A stretch of DNA of 64,000 bases. Source: Sulfolobaceae archaeon. GTDB lineage: Archaea > Thermoproteota > Thermoprotei_A > Sulfolobales > Sulfolobaceae. Both the position numbers and the translations under genes were made by a program. Shown here piece after piece: positions 43,029 to 53,761 of the stretch. Numbering within the stretch: the stretch's first letter is position 1; every line of letters starts with the position of its first letter. A model generated the notes under the pieces. The model had not been told where the DNA came from. It made no database searches and saw nothing but the letters and a program-made list of their open reading frames with translations. The stretch lies in assembly GCA_038893355.1 (NCBI GenBank), contig JAWARQ010000004.1:96001-160000 (forward strand), written 5' to 3'.

Positions 43029-43749
43029 TATTGCAGTAATACCCATACCTTTTGAGTATGATGAAAGGATTCTTAAAAGTTATGCGGACGAGATTCTTAA
43101 AAAATACACTTACGTTAAATCTGTTTGGGGTAAGCTTAGAGATACTTCTGGAAAATATAGGCTTTCTACTCTAATTCATCTTGCAGGTGAGAAAAAGAGT
43201 GATACAATATATAAAGAACATGGCTGTAGATATTATCTTGATATAACTAAAGTCTTCTTTTCTACTAAATTATCTTATGAGCATTTAAGAGTCGCATCCT
43301 TAGTTAGAGAAAATGAAAAAATAATTAATATGTTCGCTGGATTTGGACCTTTTTCAATACTTAGTTGTGTTAAGAAAAAACCACAAATAGTTTATTCTAT
43401 AGATATAAATCCTTATGCATATTATTTTCAAAAGGTAAATGTTGAATTAAACAAGGCATACTGCGTTCTTCCAATTTATGGCGACGCTTTTAAGAGAATT
43501 TATGATTTGGAGGATGCTGATAGAATAATTTCCCCATTACCAGAGCTTGCAGATGAAGCATTAGAAGTAGCACTTCAAAAAGTTAAGAAGGGAGGCATTA
43601 TACATTTATACGCAGAGATTGAAGTAAAAAAAGGTGAAAATCCTGTAAAAAAGGCTATGGAGAAATATCCTAATGGTACTTTCTATAGAATTGTTAGAAG
43701 TATAAATCCTTCTACTTATCATGTCGTTATAGATATTTTAGTTAAGTAG
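42976..43749 (+). CDS. Trm5/TYW2(Taw2)-family SAM-dependent tRNA modification enzyme
   Basis: [36 protein letters not shown]. Confidence 0.85.
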   Translation: MKLIENIKIWKKIEILGDIAVIPIPFEYDERILKSYADEILKKYTYVKSVWGKLRDTSGKYRLSTLIHLAGEKKSDTIYKEHGCRYYLDITKVFFSTKLSYEHLRVASLVRENEKIINMFAGFGPFSILSCVKKKPQIVYSIDINPYAYYFQKVNVELNKAYCVLPIYGDAFKRIYDLEDADRIISPLPELADEALEVALQKVKKGGIIHLYAEIEVKKGENPVKKAMEKYPNGTFYRIVRSINPSTYHVVIDILVK

Positions 43750-44560
43750 CTTCTCTATATATTTTCCTTGCAAGTAGCACGACCAATGGTATTATTCCTA
43801 TAGCAAATGCGATAGCTAATCCCCATGCAATTGTATTTATAATACTGGTTACATTACTTAATGGCTGTATTATTATTGCAATTCCTATTAATAGAAATAT
43901 TGTATATAATAGGAATCTTGCATAGCCTATTAAAAATCCGAGATCTGGGTGATTTTTCTGAAGTACAGACATAACTGTTTCAATAATGGAGAAGGTTGCG
44001 AAGAGTACTACGGAGCCAAGAATTATTCCAAAGAAGATATATGGATCAATTACCTTTATCCAGTAGAATATTGCTAAATTTGCAGCGACAGTGATTATAA
44101 CGGCATATAGTCCAAATCTTAATATACTAATTATTGTATTATAAAATTCAGAGCTAATTTGTGGTACTGCTTTCTGCATAAAATCTACTAGAACATTAAC
44201 TAATGTAATGCCCAATGTTAGTAACAATATTGCACCAGCAAGACTAGGTAAATATGTTGCAATTGCCTGAACATAAGTAGTAGCTGGACCTAATTGTAAT
44301 ACGGAAAGTGCAATTGCTAATGCTATTAATATTATAAAAGCCTTAACTGTTCCAGCTACAAGATCAATACTTACTTGCTCATGAACTCTTTGAAAAAATC
44401 TACCTAGAAATGATCTTATCGAATATGACACAACGCTTGCTATTGCATATCCTATTAATAATATTATTAAGAACAGTATTATAGAAGGTATTGCCGCAAT
44501 TATTTGACTTAGAATATTTTGTAACTCTTGTATTGGACTTACTTGTAGTAAAGTTAACAT
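43742..44560 (-). CDS. Membrane protein with MscS-like conserved TM-helix repeats
   Basis: [15 protein letters not shown] and [15 protein letters not shown] repeats; about 7 TM helices. Confidence 0.7.
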   Translation of the reverse strand: MLTLLQVSPIQELQNILSQIIAAIPSIILFLIILLIGYAIASVVSYSIRSFLGRFFQRVHEQVSIDLVAGTVKAFIILIALAIALSVLQLGPATTYVQAIATYLPSLAGAILLLTLGITLVNVLVDFMQKAVPQISSEFYNTIISILRFGLYAVIITVAANLAIFYWIKVIDPYIFFGIILGSVVLFATFSIIETVMSVLQKNHPDLGFLIGYARFLLYTIFLLIGIAIIIQPLSNVTSIINTIAWGLAIAFAIGIIPLVVLLARKIYREAT

Positions 44561-44664
44561 ACTTTCTATATTTCAATATTCCTTATAAAATTATCTATAT
44601 AGGATTAAGATAACATTAACTACTTTTATAATAGATTTTTTACTGCTCATAAAAAATATATCTC

Positions 44665-45336
44665 ATGCTAGCACTTGCAACATCTGATATACATTCACCG
44701 ATATATCTAGATTTATTTATAAAATCGTATATGACGATTCCGAAGAATGATATTAACTTAGTTCTCCTAGCTGGTGATCTTACTGATAAGGGGAAATACT
44801 GGAATTTCGATCCTATATATGGTCTATTGAAGAAATATAAAGTTGTAGCAGTTTTTGGCAACGAGGATTTTCATGATGTAAGGAATAAATATATTCAACG
44901 CTATAAGGAGATAATTTGGTTGCAAGATGAGCTTTATGAGGATGTTATTAATGGTGTAAAAATTAGTATTGTAGGTAGTGATGGTGTTCTAGAGAGACCT
45001 ACAAAATGGCAGATAGTAAATGGCTTTGATGAAAATTACTATCGTGAAAAATTAAGGAAGATTGAAGAGTTGTTATGTAAGTCAAAAGGTGATATAAAAA
45101 TACTCTTAACTCATTATTCAACAACCTTTGAAACATTAGTTGGAGAGAATAAGAGAATTTATCCAGAGTTAGGTTATAAGCTAATAGAAAGTGTTAGTTG
45201 TAAGCCAGACATCTCTATTCATGGTCATGCTCATTACTCGAAAAGAACATATTATAAAATAGGTAAGACTAGAGTTTACAATGTAGCATTACCTGCAAAT
45301 CAGAGGATTGTAATGGTAAATCTCATGCATTCTTAA
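44665..45336 (+). CDS. Calcineurin-like metallophosphoesterase
   Basis: SDIH, AGDLTD, FGNED, LTHY, HGHAH. Confidence 0.9.
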   Translation: MLALATSDIHSPIYLDLFIKSYMTIPKNDINLVLLAGDLTDKGKYWNFDPIYGLLKKYKVVAVFGNEDFHDVRNKYIQRYKEIIWLQDELYEDVINGVKISIVGSDGVLERPTKWQIVNGFDENYYREKLRKIEELLCKSKGDIKILLTHYSTTFETLVGENKRIYPELGYKLIESVSCKPDISIHGHAHYSKRTYYKIGKTRVYNVALPANQRIVMVNLMHS

Positions 45337-46273
45337 TTCCTACCTCTTTTATGACTTCTAATATTCTATCACTCACATAATTGAGGAAAGGCCTTTTAAT
45401 GTTAAGTTTATAAAGCAGTCTGTAAATTAGCGGAACTTTTAGTGGGGCACCAGCAGCCTTCATATGACCACCTCCGCCTAACTTTACAGCATAACTTCTA
45501 ATATCATAATTATTACTCCTAAAGGAGACATACTTTCCATTTGCTGAAACAAATATATCAGCTCCGAATTTGCTCATTAAGTACTGAGAAGCATAACTAA
45601 TGTCCGGTCTTCCTTTCCATCTAGCAGCTACTACTATTCTAATATTCTCATATTGTAATATCTTAACGAATTTAGCTAATTTATTATAGTTTTCTAATTC
45701 TTCATCCATTATCTTCTCTAGCTTTACTTCTAGCTCTTTATCCCATAAGATTCCATTGTAAAATTTATTCAAAAGATAATTTTTCCACCTTATATCTTTA
45801 TCTAATTCAATTATTCTTCTTAATTTCTCTCCTAAAGGATCATTATGTAACCACAAATCTACAGAACAATCTGCAGAAACTAATTTTTTACTTACCATAT
45901 CCTCCACATTAAATGACTTATATATAACACCAGCTCCACATGTTGTAATATCGTGATGTACTTCAACGCCATTTTCTTCTAAAACTCTTTTCCACTCTTC
46001 TTTCCATATGTGATGGTCATACCATTCAATCTTGAATTTCTTAGATAGTTTTCTTGAAGTTTTTACAATTTTCTCAAAATTACTTTCATTTATTCCTAGA
46101 TCTGCAATTACAATTTTCTCAAAATTACTTTCATTTATATTCATTAAAATATTAGGCAAAAAATTCGGTTCTGTATATATTACTTTCTTAGGTAATTGGT
46201 TAACAAGCCTAGAGTATACTGCAGCAGACGCAGTTCCGTCAAGGTCATTGTGCACTATCATTAAATAATTCAT
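45323..46273 (-). CDS. DHH/DHHA1 phosphoesterase
   Basis: HNDLDG, IADLG, YDHH, GGGGHMKAAG. Confidence 0.9.
   Translation of the reverse strand: MNYLMIVHNDLDGTASAAVYSRLVNQLPKKVIYTEPNFLPNILMNINESNFEKIVIADLGINESNFEKIVKTSRKLSKKFKIEWYDHHIWKEEWKRVLEENGVEVHHDITTCGAGVIYKSFNVEDMVSKKLVSADCSVDLWLHNDPLGEKLRRIIELDKDIRWKNYLLNKFYNGILWDKELEVKLEKIMDEELENYNKLAKFVKILQYENIRIVVAARWKGRPDISYASQYLMSKFGADIFVSANGKYVSFRSNNYDIRSYAVKLGGGGHMKAAGAPLKVPLIYRLLYKLNIKRPFLNYVSDRILEVIKEVGIKNA
46063..46138. repeat. Perfect 31-bp direct repeat (period 45) inside the DHH gene
   Basis: ttacaattttctcaaaattactttcatttat at 46063-46093 and 46108-46138; encodes INESNFEKIV twice. Confidence 0.9.
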
Positions 46274-46297
46274 AGAATTATTTTTACTTCGAAATTA

Positions 46298-46900
46298 CTA
46301 TTTAAATTTTATTCCATCTGATGTAGTTATTTTACCTCTATATAAGAAAGATACCTGTCTAAGTGTTGCATAATAATCAAATTCAGTAATTGCAGAGATT
46401 GTATCTTTTGGTAAAACGATATCATACCACCTAATTGCAGCGCTGCCTGCAGTATGTAATACACATATATTAGCTACCGTGCCAGTTACGACTACTTTTT
46501 GAATATTCTTTACTCTCAATAGATAATCTAAGTTAGATTCAAAGAAGGCATCATATCTATTTTTCCTAACGATATAATAATAATCACGTTCTGGCTTTAA
46601 TTCATCAATTATCTCTGCACCCCAAGTTCCCGCTAGAGCATGCTCTCCCCAAATTTTAAATTCTGGATCATCTTTCATATGCCAATCTTGCGTATATATT
46701 ACTAATGCACCTGCGTCTTTAGCCTTTTGAATTAAATTTTTAATAGGTTGTATTGTATTCTCAGCTCCTGGTACATATAACTTTCCTTCTTTTCTAACGA
46801 AGTCATTCTGCATGTCAACTATGATTAATGCAGTCTTATTTGGTTCTAATATAACTTCCTTTTCTTCTGGAATATTTGGGATTTTAATTAAATCTTTCAT
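46298..46900 (-). CDS. Isochorismatase/nicotinamidase-family cysteine hydrolase
   Basis: IVDMQNDF, QDWH, KNRYDAF, GTVANICV. Confidence 0.92.
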   Translation of the reverse strand: MKDLIKIPNIPEEKEVILEPNKTALIIVDMQNDFVRKEGKLYVPGAENTIQPIKNLIQKAKDAGALVIYTQDWHMKDDPEFKIWGEHALAGTWGAEIIDELKPERDYYYIVRKNRYDAFFESNLDYLLRVKNIQKVVVTGTVANICVLHTAGSAAIRWYDIVLPKDTISAITEFDYYATLRQVSFLYRGKITTSDGIKFK

Positions 46901-47061
46901 CGAATATGAATTCGTAAAATGAATATATAAATTAAATCCAATATTCTGTTCTTCAGAAGGCGATTCAGGGGTCCTTTGCGAATTGTAATATTCTTATAGA
47001 ATTATAGTAATTCTATGAAGAAATAACTCAATATGTGTTAAGATTATGAGAGAAATTAGGT

Positions 47062-47497
47062 TCATAGTAATATTATTACAATGATGAGACAATAGTTTAA
47101 TAGATTATACACAACAGCAATAGCCAACGCGATTTGCAATATCCTATAGCCCGAGTGAAACTTACCAAAACGCCTCCTCTCAATAAGAGAATTAAAAGAC
47201 TCCACGAGATTATTACTCCTCAACCACTTCCAAACCTCCTTAGGAGCACTAAGATAACCAAGAATACCAAACTTGTCATCAACTTGAATCCCGTGCTCAG
47301 CTGAGAAAATAATCTCACCAATCACTTTCCTCTCCTCCCTACTCATCCCACGCTTCAAATGAACAATACACATTTGCCTTATAACACGCATACCGGAAGA
47401 GAAATTGCAGAATCCAAAGCCCTAATATCATCAGTAACAACAAGCTTAACATGATATCTCCTCCACAAACGAACAAGGAACTCCAAATAACTCTAGA
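47062..47497 (-). pseudogene. Truncated, frameshifted IS256 (Mutator)-family transposase relic
   Basis: QMCIVHLKR (CxxH) and LRSNNLVESFNSLIERR. An upstream frame gives KLVVTDDIRALDSAI. The N-terminal part is absent and GC is locally higher. Confidence 0.7.
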
Positions 47498-47576
47498 TAA
47501 AGTAGGGTAAACTCTTCAAGGCTATTACTACTTAGTACATGACTGGATGGTTAATTTTTTATATGTGGGAATATAA

Positions 47577-47840
47577 GTGGAACTTATGAAAAAAGAATAT
47601 TTACTTAACGTTGACGAGAAAGGGAGGATAGTAATCCCTAAGGAAGTAAGGGAAGAGTTTAATATTACTGGGAAAGTAAAACTCGTAGTTGAAGACGATA
47701 AAGTAGAACTCTTACCTTATGTAAAAAAGAGTTATAGGGGGTTATTTAAAGCCAGCCTTAAGTCAAAGGACATAGACGAAATATTGAAGGAGGCTTTGGA
47801 AGAGAGGAGTAAGAAGTGGTTAAGAGATATCTTGACGTAA
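47577..47840 (+). CDS. vapB: AbrB/MazE-fold antitoxin
   Basis: VDEKGRIVIPKEVRE motif; overlaps the downstream PIN gene. Confidence 0.88.
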   Translation: MELMKKEYLLNVDEKGRIVIPKEVREEFNITGKVKLVVEDDKVELLPYVKKSYRGLFKASLKSKDIDEILKEALEERSKKWLRDILT

Positions 47841-48199
47841 ACGTGTTAGTATACTATTTACTTGACGACCCAGAATTCGGTAATAGGGCAGAATATTGGA
47901 TAAACAGTACTGACGAGATCTACACTTCAGAAATTACGTTCTTTCAACTTATCGTACTCCTCAAAAATTTAACGAAAGAAGATGAAAAGGAGATCTTGGG
48001 AAAAATATCAGAAGTATTTGAAGGACTAAACGTCAAGTTCGTACACTTGGAACCTTATGAACTAAAAGAGGTATATGAGATAGCCAGTAAGAATAATCTA
48101 GATTTTGAAGATGCAATACACTATTATTGTTCACGAAAGATTAACGCTGAAATGATAAGTAATGATTCAGATTTAAAAAAGTTTGGAGCTAAATTTTAA
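47816..48199 (+). CDS. vapC: PIN-domain toxin
   Basis: YLDVNVLVY, LDFEDAIH, ISNDSDL. Confidence 0.9.
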   Translation: MVKRYLDVNVLVYYLLDDPEFGNRAEYWINSTDEIYTSEITFFQLIVLLKNLTKEDEKEILGKISEVFEGLNVKFVHLEPYELKEVYEIASKNNLDFEDAIHYYCSRKINAEMISNDSDLKKFGAKF

Positions 48200-48524
48200 C
48201 CCTAAACGCCAGACTCATTTTTAAAGAGTAAAGCTTTAATGAGACTGCAAATTATAGAATACTATTCGAGAAAAGAGGGAGGACAAAATTAAAGATTGTG
48301 ATACAATAATTCCCATAATTTTAGAATTATGGCTTAATAATAGCAGTAAGGATAGGAGCACAGTTAAAATTAAGGTTAAGAAAAAGAACTATTCTGAATT
48401 ACTCACTTTTGCGGAAATGTTTAAGGATAGGGGAATTAGAATTTTAGATGTTAAAAATGATGAGGAAGATCGTGAAGTATTAGTAATAACTTTACAGTTT
48501 TTATAGAATAATGAGAGGGAGGAA

Positions 48525-49253
48525 ATGGCTGGAAAGGTTTATATTATAGGGGCCGGTCCAGGAGATCCAGAGTTACTTACTATAAAGGCTTATAAAATAC
48601 TAAATAATGCTGATATCATAATTTATGACCGTTTAGTTAATAAGGAAATAATTAAAATGTTTGATAATGGTAAAAAGGAATTAGTTTATGTAGGTAAAGA
48701 ATTAGGAGAATCCTTTCTTCAAGATAAAATTAATGAATTATTATATATAAAGGCGAAAGAAAATAAAATTGTCGCTAGACTAAAGGGCGGGGATCCCTAT
48801 GTCTTAGGAAGAGGTGAGGAAGAATGTATGTATCTAATTGAGAGAGGTATTGAATGTGAGGTTGTGCCAGGAGTAAGTAGTGCGATAGCGGTTCCAGCTT
48901 ATGCTGGTATTCCAGTCACAAGTAGATATTATTCTTCAGGGTTTACTGTTATTACTGGAACTACTATTGATGATAACGTAATTTCTCACGATTACATTCC
49001 AGAGAAGGGTACTATTATAATTCTAATGGGCTTACATAAAATTACTGAAGTTAAGGAGGTATTACTTAAAAAGAGAAAACCTGATGAAGATATAGCAGTA
49101 ATAGAGAACGGAACTTTACCTAATCAGAGAGTTATTTTAGGGAAATTGTATGAGCTTGATAAAATTATAAAGGAAAATAGAGTAAATCCCCCGTCAATTA
49201 TAGTTATTGGATCTGTAGTTAAACTAAGGGAAAAATTATGGAAGTATAAATAA
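48525..49253 (+). CDS. cobA: Uroporphyrinogen-III C-methyltransferase
   Basis: GAGPGDPELLT, YDRLV, RLKGGDP, VPGVSS, AGIPVT. Confidence 0.95.
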   Translation: MAGKVYIIGAGPGDPELLTIKAYKILNNADIIIYDRLVNKEIIKMFDNGKKELVYVGKELGESFLQDKINELLYIKAKENKIVARLKGGDPYVLGRGEEECMYLIERGIECEVVPGVSSAIAVPAYAGIPVTSRYYSSGFTVITGTTIDDNVISHDYIPEKGTIIILMGLHKITEVKEVLLKKRKPDEDIAVIENGTLPNQRVILGKLYELDKIIKENRVNPPSIIVIGSVVKLREKLWKYK

Positions 49254-49319
49254 TATAAAAATAATAATAGAAAATTAGAGTAGGAGATATAAAAGCGAAT
49301 AACGTATATAGCTACTGAG

Positions 49320-50156
49320 ATGTATCCACCAAAGTTTGGATATGTAATTCCAGACAATTTAAATGAAGCTCTGGAGTTCTTAGAATCTCATCAAGATGCT
49401 AGACCATTAGCTGGCGGGCATTCCTTAATTCCTATGCTAAAGTTAAGACTTATTAGACCATCTTATTTAGTAGAAATTAGAAGGCTAAAAGAATTAAAAT
49501 ACATTAAATTAGAAGGTAATGAGTATAGGATTGGTGCATTATCTACGCATTATGAAATAAGTAAGGCGAATATACCGTTACTTAGTGAGACTGCGCTTCA
49601 CATTGCTGATCCTCAAGTGAGAAATATGGGGACAATAGGGGGTAGTATTTCTCATGCAGATCCTGCAGCAGATTATCCTGCGTCATTGATAGCTTTAAAT
49701 GCTAAAGTCGTAGTAAAATCTACTAAAGGTTCGCGAGTTGTAGAATTTAAAGATTTCATAAAGGATATGTATACTCCAGATCTAAATCCAGGGGAATTAG
49801 TTACGGAAATAATAGTGCCTATTCCTAGAGATTATAAATTTAGCTATAAAAAGTTAGAGAGAAGGGCTGGAGATTTTGCTATTGTTGGTGTTGGTGTACT
49901 AGTAAAAATGAAGGGTGATGTAATTGATGATATTAAAGTAGGACTTACTGCAGTGAATAGAACACCTATTAGGGCGTATAAGACTGAAGAAGAGTTAAGA
50001 GGGAAGAGAGCTACTGTTGATGCTATAGAGAAAGCTGCGCAACTTGCTATAGAGTACGCAGATCCTAAATCTGATATAAGAGGTTCCGCTGAATATAAAA
50101 AGGCTATGGTTAAAGTTATGACTAAGAGAGCAATTTTAGATGCAATATCTAGGTGA
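49320..50156 (+). CDS. cutB: Molybdenum hydroxylase FAD subunit (glyceraldehyde dehydrogenase medium chain/CoxM-like)
   Basis: [37 protein letters not shown]. Confidence 0.9.
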   Translation: MYPPKFGYVIPDNLNEALEFLESHQDARPLAGGHSLIPMLKLRLIRPSYLVEIRRLKELKYIKLEGNEYRIGALSTHYEISKANIPLLSETALHIADPQVRNMGTIGGSISHADPAADYPASLIALNAKVVVKSTKGSRVVEFKDFIKDMYTPDLNPGELVTEIIVPIPRDYKFSYKKLERRAGDFAIVGVGVLVKMKGDVIDDIKVGLTAVNRTPIRAYKTEEELRGKRATVDAIEKAAQLAIEYADPKSDIRGSAEYKKAMVKVMTKRAILDAISR

Positions 50157-50674
50157 GGGTTATGAAAGTATATGAAAAAGATCAAAAGGTTAAGGTAAAA
50201 TTTAAGGTTAATAATGAAGAGCATGAAGTGGAAGTAGAGCCCAGAAGACTACTAGTACATGTCTTAAGAGATTTAGGATATACTAGTGTTCATATTGGCT
50301 GTGATACTACTAATTGCGGTGCTTGTACTATTATAATGAATGGGATGTCTGTTAAGTCTTGTACTGTACTAGCAGTTGAGGCTGATGGCTCTGAGATACT
50401 GACTTTAGAGGGTTTATCTAAGGACGGTAAGTTACATCCTATTCAAGAGGCTTTTTGGGAGAAGCATGCGTTACAATGCGGTTATTGTACTCCAGGGATG
50501 ATAATGCAAGCCTATTGGCTTCTTAAAGAAAAGCCGAATCCAACTGAAGATGAGATTAGATACTATTTATCTGGAAACTTATGTAGGTGTACTGGTTATT
50601 TAAATATTATAGAGGCCGTGAAGTTAGCTTCTGAGAAACTAAGATTAAATCCTCTGGTGTATCAACGTCAATAA
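50153..50674 (+). CDS. cutC: Molybdenum hydroxylase 2Fe-2S subunit (CoxS-like)
   Basis: [28 protein letters not shown]. Confidence 0.92.
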   Translation: MRVMKVYEKDQKVKVKFKVNNEEHEVEVEPRRLLVHVLRDLGYTSVHIGCDTTNCGACTIIMNGMSVKSCTVLAVEADGSEILTLEGLSKDGKLHPIQEAFWEKHALQCGYCTPGMIMQAYWLLKEKPNPTEDEIRYYLSGNLCRCTGYLNIIEAVKLASEKLRLNPLVYQRQ

Positions 50675-51194
50675 CTACTTCCTCACCACATTCAACTTTG
50701 CAAATTTCCTCTTTTTTTAAATTCTTAATTATATATCTAGCACCTATATCCCCAACTATTTTTTCAATTTCTTTATATAATTCCTTACCTATTAATACTG
50801 GATTACCAAAATTATCACCATATACTGGCACTACAGCTTTGCAATTATCGTAAGCATTAATTATCTTTTGAACTATTTCTCTTGTTATTAATGGCATATC
50901 CCCTAAGGCAATTATCACACCATCATAGTTGTTAAAAAATCTTAAACCAAGCTTTAATGATGTACTCATTCCTTCCTTCCAAAAGGGATTATATATTATT
51001 ATTTCAGAGGGAAAATTTTCTATTAAATCGCGGATATATTTTCCTCCAACTATTACTCTATCTAAACCTTCTAAAGCCTCTAAAACGTATTGAATTAACA
51101 TCTTTCCTCCAACTTTTACAATTAGTTTGTTTCCTCCAAATCTTTTTCCCTCGCCGCCTGCAAGAACTATTGCACCAATGCGCATAAATATCAC
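50607..51194 (-). CDS. MocA-like molybdenum cofactor nucleotidyltransferase
   Basis: [43 protein letters not shown]. Confidence 0.88.
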   Translation of the reverse strand: MIFMRIGAIVLAGGEGKRFGGNKLIVKVGGKMLIQYVLEALEGLDRVIVGGKYIRDLIENFPSEIIIYNPFWKEGMSTSLKLGLRFFNNYDGVIIALGDMPLITREIVQKIINAYDNCKAVVPVYGDNFGNPVLIGKELYKEIEKIVGDIGARYIIKNLKKEEICKVECGEEVVIDVDTPEDLILVSQKLTSRPL

Positions 51195-51212
51195 TAATTA
51201 TTACTAAGTATT

Positions 51213-51650
51213 ATGAAGGTCGAGGGAGAATTAAAAATAAACTCAACACTTGAAGAAGTATGGAATTTTCTATCTAAACCAGAAGATGTTGCACAATGCT
51301 TCCCTGGAATAAAGAAGGTAGAGAAAATTCAAGAGAATGAATATAAAATAGAAGGCTCAACTGGAATTGGTTTTATAAAGGGTGACTACAAAGCTAATGT
51401 TAAGTTCTTAAATATTACACCATTTAAGGGCTATACTATTCAGGCTAGAGGGACTGGATTAAACAGTAATGTAGATATCACTGCAAATATAGAATTACAG
51501 AATCAGACACCAATAATTTTAAAATATAATGGCGAGGTAAAAGTTGGTGGTATTTTAGCTTCAATAGGGGCTAGATTAATGGATTCTGCTGTCCAGAAGA
51601 TATTACAAGATTTATTCGATTGTATAAGAAATAGAATAGAAAGGAAGTAA
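51213..51650 (+). CDS. CoxG/SRPBCC family protein
   Basis: VWNFLSKPEDVAQCFPG, GGILASIGARLM; adjacent to cutBC. Confidence 0.85.
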   Translation: MKVEGELKINSTLEEVWNFLSKPEDVAQCFPGIKKVEKIQENEYKIEGSTGIGFIKGDYKANVKFLNITPFKGYTIQARGTGLNSNVDITANIELQNQTPIILKYNGEVKVGGILASIGARLMDSAVQKILQDLFDCIRNRIERK

Positions 51651-51658
51651 ATAGTATT

Positions 51659-53227
51659 TTATTGAATAATTTCTGTCACAACTCCAATTCCTCTAGTTCT
51701 TCCCTCTCTAAATAAAAATACTTGCCCTATCTCAATATATTCTGGACTATAAAGGAACTTTAGCTCAACCTCGCTAGAGTCTCCTGTCCTCAAAACTCCT
51801 CTAGATATCTTTTCAAACCTAGCAGCCTGCCTAATTGTGTATAAATGTAATGTAGCCACATAACCTTCTCTGATAGTAGTAGGGTGATGAAGTACCAGAA
51901 CTTTTGCTTTAAATCTCGAAACTGAAGTAGGCTTTCCCTTAATTATTACCATGCCTTTCCTCAGAGAGTCTTTTTGTAAGCCTTGTATTGCAAATGTAGC
52001 TATTGTTCCCTTATCAGTTTTATCCACAAATACCCTATTAACTTGAATACTCTTTATCCTAGCATTCATAAATTCTCCTGTTCTTGTAGGTCCCACAAAT
52101 ACATTATCGTTTACTGCTATAGTACCTCTTGTAACTATTCCTAATACAACTGTTCCTACACCAGATACATTATATATCTCGTCTATGTAAACTAATGGTT
52201 CATTTCTTTTTTCTATTTTCTTTTTAGGCTTTAATAAATTTAAAAAATTTATTAATAAATTTAATCCTTCTCCAGTCGTATTTGATACTCTAAATATAGG
52301 AACTACGCGCTTTGTATTTATTATCATAGAAGCTGTGGATATATCATCCTCAGAATTTATTATCATTGGTATTCTATTTATCCCGGGTATTCTTAGTACA
52401 TTACGTATTGATTCTATAATTTCATTTATTCTTTCATTAGGGTATTTATCTATTTTAGTAATGACTATTATAATGGGAAATTTAAGAATAGAAGCTACTG
52501 CAAGATGTTCTTTACCCATTGTGCTTAGCCCGTCATCTGCACCTACTACTAGCATTACATAGTCAATTTCGTATCCTAATAAGCCCTTTAATGTCGTCCT
52601 CAAATACCTCTCATGGCCTCCTAAATCAATTAACCTTATTATCTTACTGCTCCTTAGCATAACTTCCGCTTCATCTAACGGATCCTTAATAGACCAGTTT
52701 ACAATACTCCCCTTATCATCAAATCCTATAACTCTTACAGTTACTGACGAAGTTCTACCTGATATTACTTCATGGAGATGTCTCGCAACTTGACTTCTTA
52801 AACTCCCATTTCCGTCATCTAATTTTCCAAAAAGTAATACACCAGTTAATGTACTCTTACCAGCGTTTACATGTCCCATTACCGCAATATTAGCTTGTAG
52901 CGGTATTTTATCCCTGTGTAGTCTAATCAATACTTCTGCTATAAACCTATCTTTTTTAATTTCGCTTATCCTCTTGTATACTATCTTTGCGTCAACTAAT
53001 GAGCATATTTTTTCTAAATTTGAAAGGCTCAATTCTAATTCCTCCTTACTTATACCAACTGCTTCTCCGTCATTACTAACACCAATAATATAGAATGCTT
53101 CTCCACCGCCCTCTTCTATCCTATACTTTAATTGAGTAGCTAATTCTTGCAGTCTATCTTCTGAGGATCCAGATATTAATAGCTTATACTCAATATTCCC
53201 TTGATCTTCCTCTTTGGGATATTTCAT
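51659..53227 (-). CDS. GTPBP1-family translational GTPase
   Basis: GNIEYKL, GHVNAGKST, HEVISGRTSS, DLGGHERY, TKID, LFREGRTRGIG. Confidence 0.92.
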   Translation of the reverse strand: MKYPKEEDQGNIEYKLLISGSSEDRLQELATQLKYRIEEGGGEAFYIIGVSNDGEAVGISKEELELSLSNLEKICSLVDAKIVYKRISEIKKDRFIAEVLIRLHRDKIPLQANIAVMGHVNAGKSTLTGVLLFGKLDDGNGSLRSQVARHLHEVISGRTSSVTVRVIGFDDKGSIVNWSIKDPLDEAEVMLRSSKIIRLIDLGGHERYLRTTLKGLLGYEIDYVMLVVGADDGLSTMGKEHLAVASILKFPIIIVITKIDKYPNERINEIIESIRNVLRIPGINRIPMIINSEDDISTASMIINTKRVVPIFRVSNTTGEGLNLLINFLNLLKPKKKIEKRNEPLVYIDEIYNVSGVGTVVLGIVTRGTIAVNDNVFVGPTRTGEFMNARIKSIQVNRVFVDKTDKGTIATFAIQGLQKDSLRKGMVIIKGKPTSVSRFKAKVLVLHHPTTIREGYVATLHLYTIRQAARFEKISRGVLRTGDSSEVELKFLYSPEYIEIGQVFLFREGRTRGIGVVTEIIQ

Positions 53228-53274
53228 TCCATTTGTGTAAAACTCTAAAGTTTAGGCATATAAAATATTCTTTT

Positions 53275-53739
53275 GTGGAACCAATATTACTATCTGAGGA
53301 AATTTTAAGATGTCCTTTATGTAATAGTGAACTTTCCCATAAATCATATGTATATGATTCTGGAATAACTGGATTATTACTAATAGAGATTTTTGAATGT
53401 AAGGTTTGCGGTTTCAGAATTAGGGATGTAAAACCATTCGAGGTAAAAGGTAAAGTGAGGATTGAATATAAAGTTAAGAGCCCTGAAGATATTAACTTAA
53501 TAGTTTATAGATCAGCTTATGCTAAAATTTCTATTCCAGAACTTGGTATTGAGATTGAGTCAATAGATTCTAAGGGAGTAATAACTACTATAGAGGGAAT
53601 TTTTGAAGAGATATTGGAGAGGATAGGTAATGAAATTGGTGAAAAGAAGGTTGAAATTGAAAAGGCTATGAAGGGTGAAATAGAGTATACTATAATTATA
53701 GAAGACCCAATGGGTCAAAGTTTTATTAGAAAAATTTAG
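53275..53739 (+). CDS. ZPR1 zinc-finger protein
   Basis: CPLC...CKVCGFR, ISIPELGIEI, ITTIEG, IIEDPMGQS. The likely start is GTG 53275 (ORF track 53233). Confidence 0.88.
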   Translation: MEPILLSEEILRCPLCNSELSHKSYVYDSGITGLLLIEIFECKVCGFRIRDVKPFEVKGKVRIEYKVKSPEDINLIVYRSAYAKISIPELGIEIESIDSKGVITTIEGIFEEILERIGNEIGEKKVEIEKAMKGEIEYTIIIEDPMGQSFIRKI

Positions 53740-53761
53740 CATATAAAATAATATTTAAAAA

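Noticed and set aside
48457-48480. ATGATGA C-box-like sequence
   Set aside because: No D box at the expected distance; lies within an open frame encoding NDEED.
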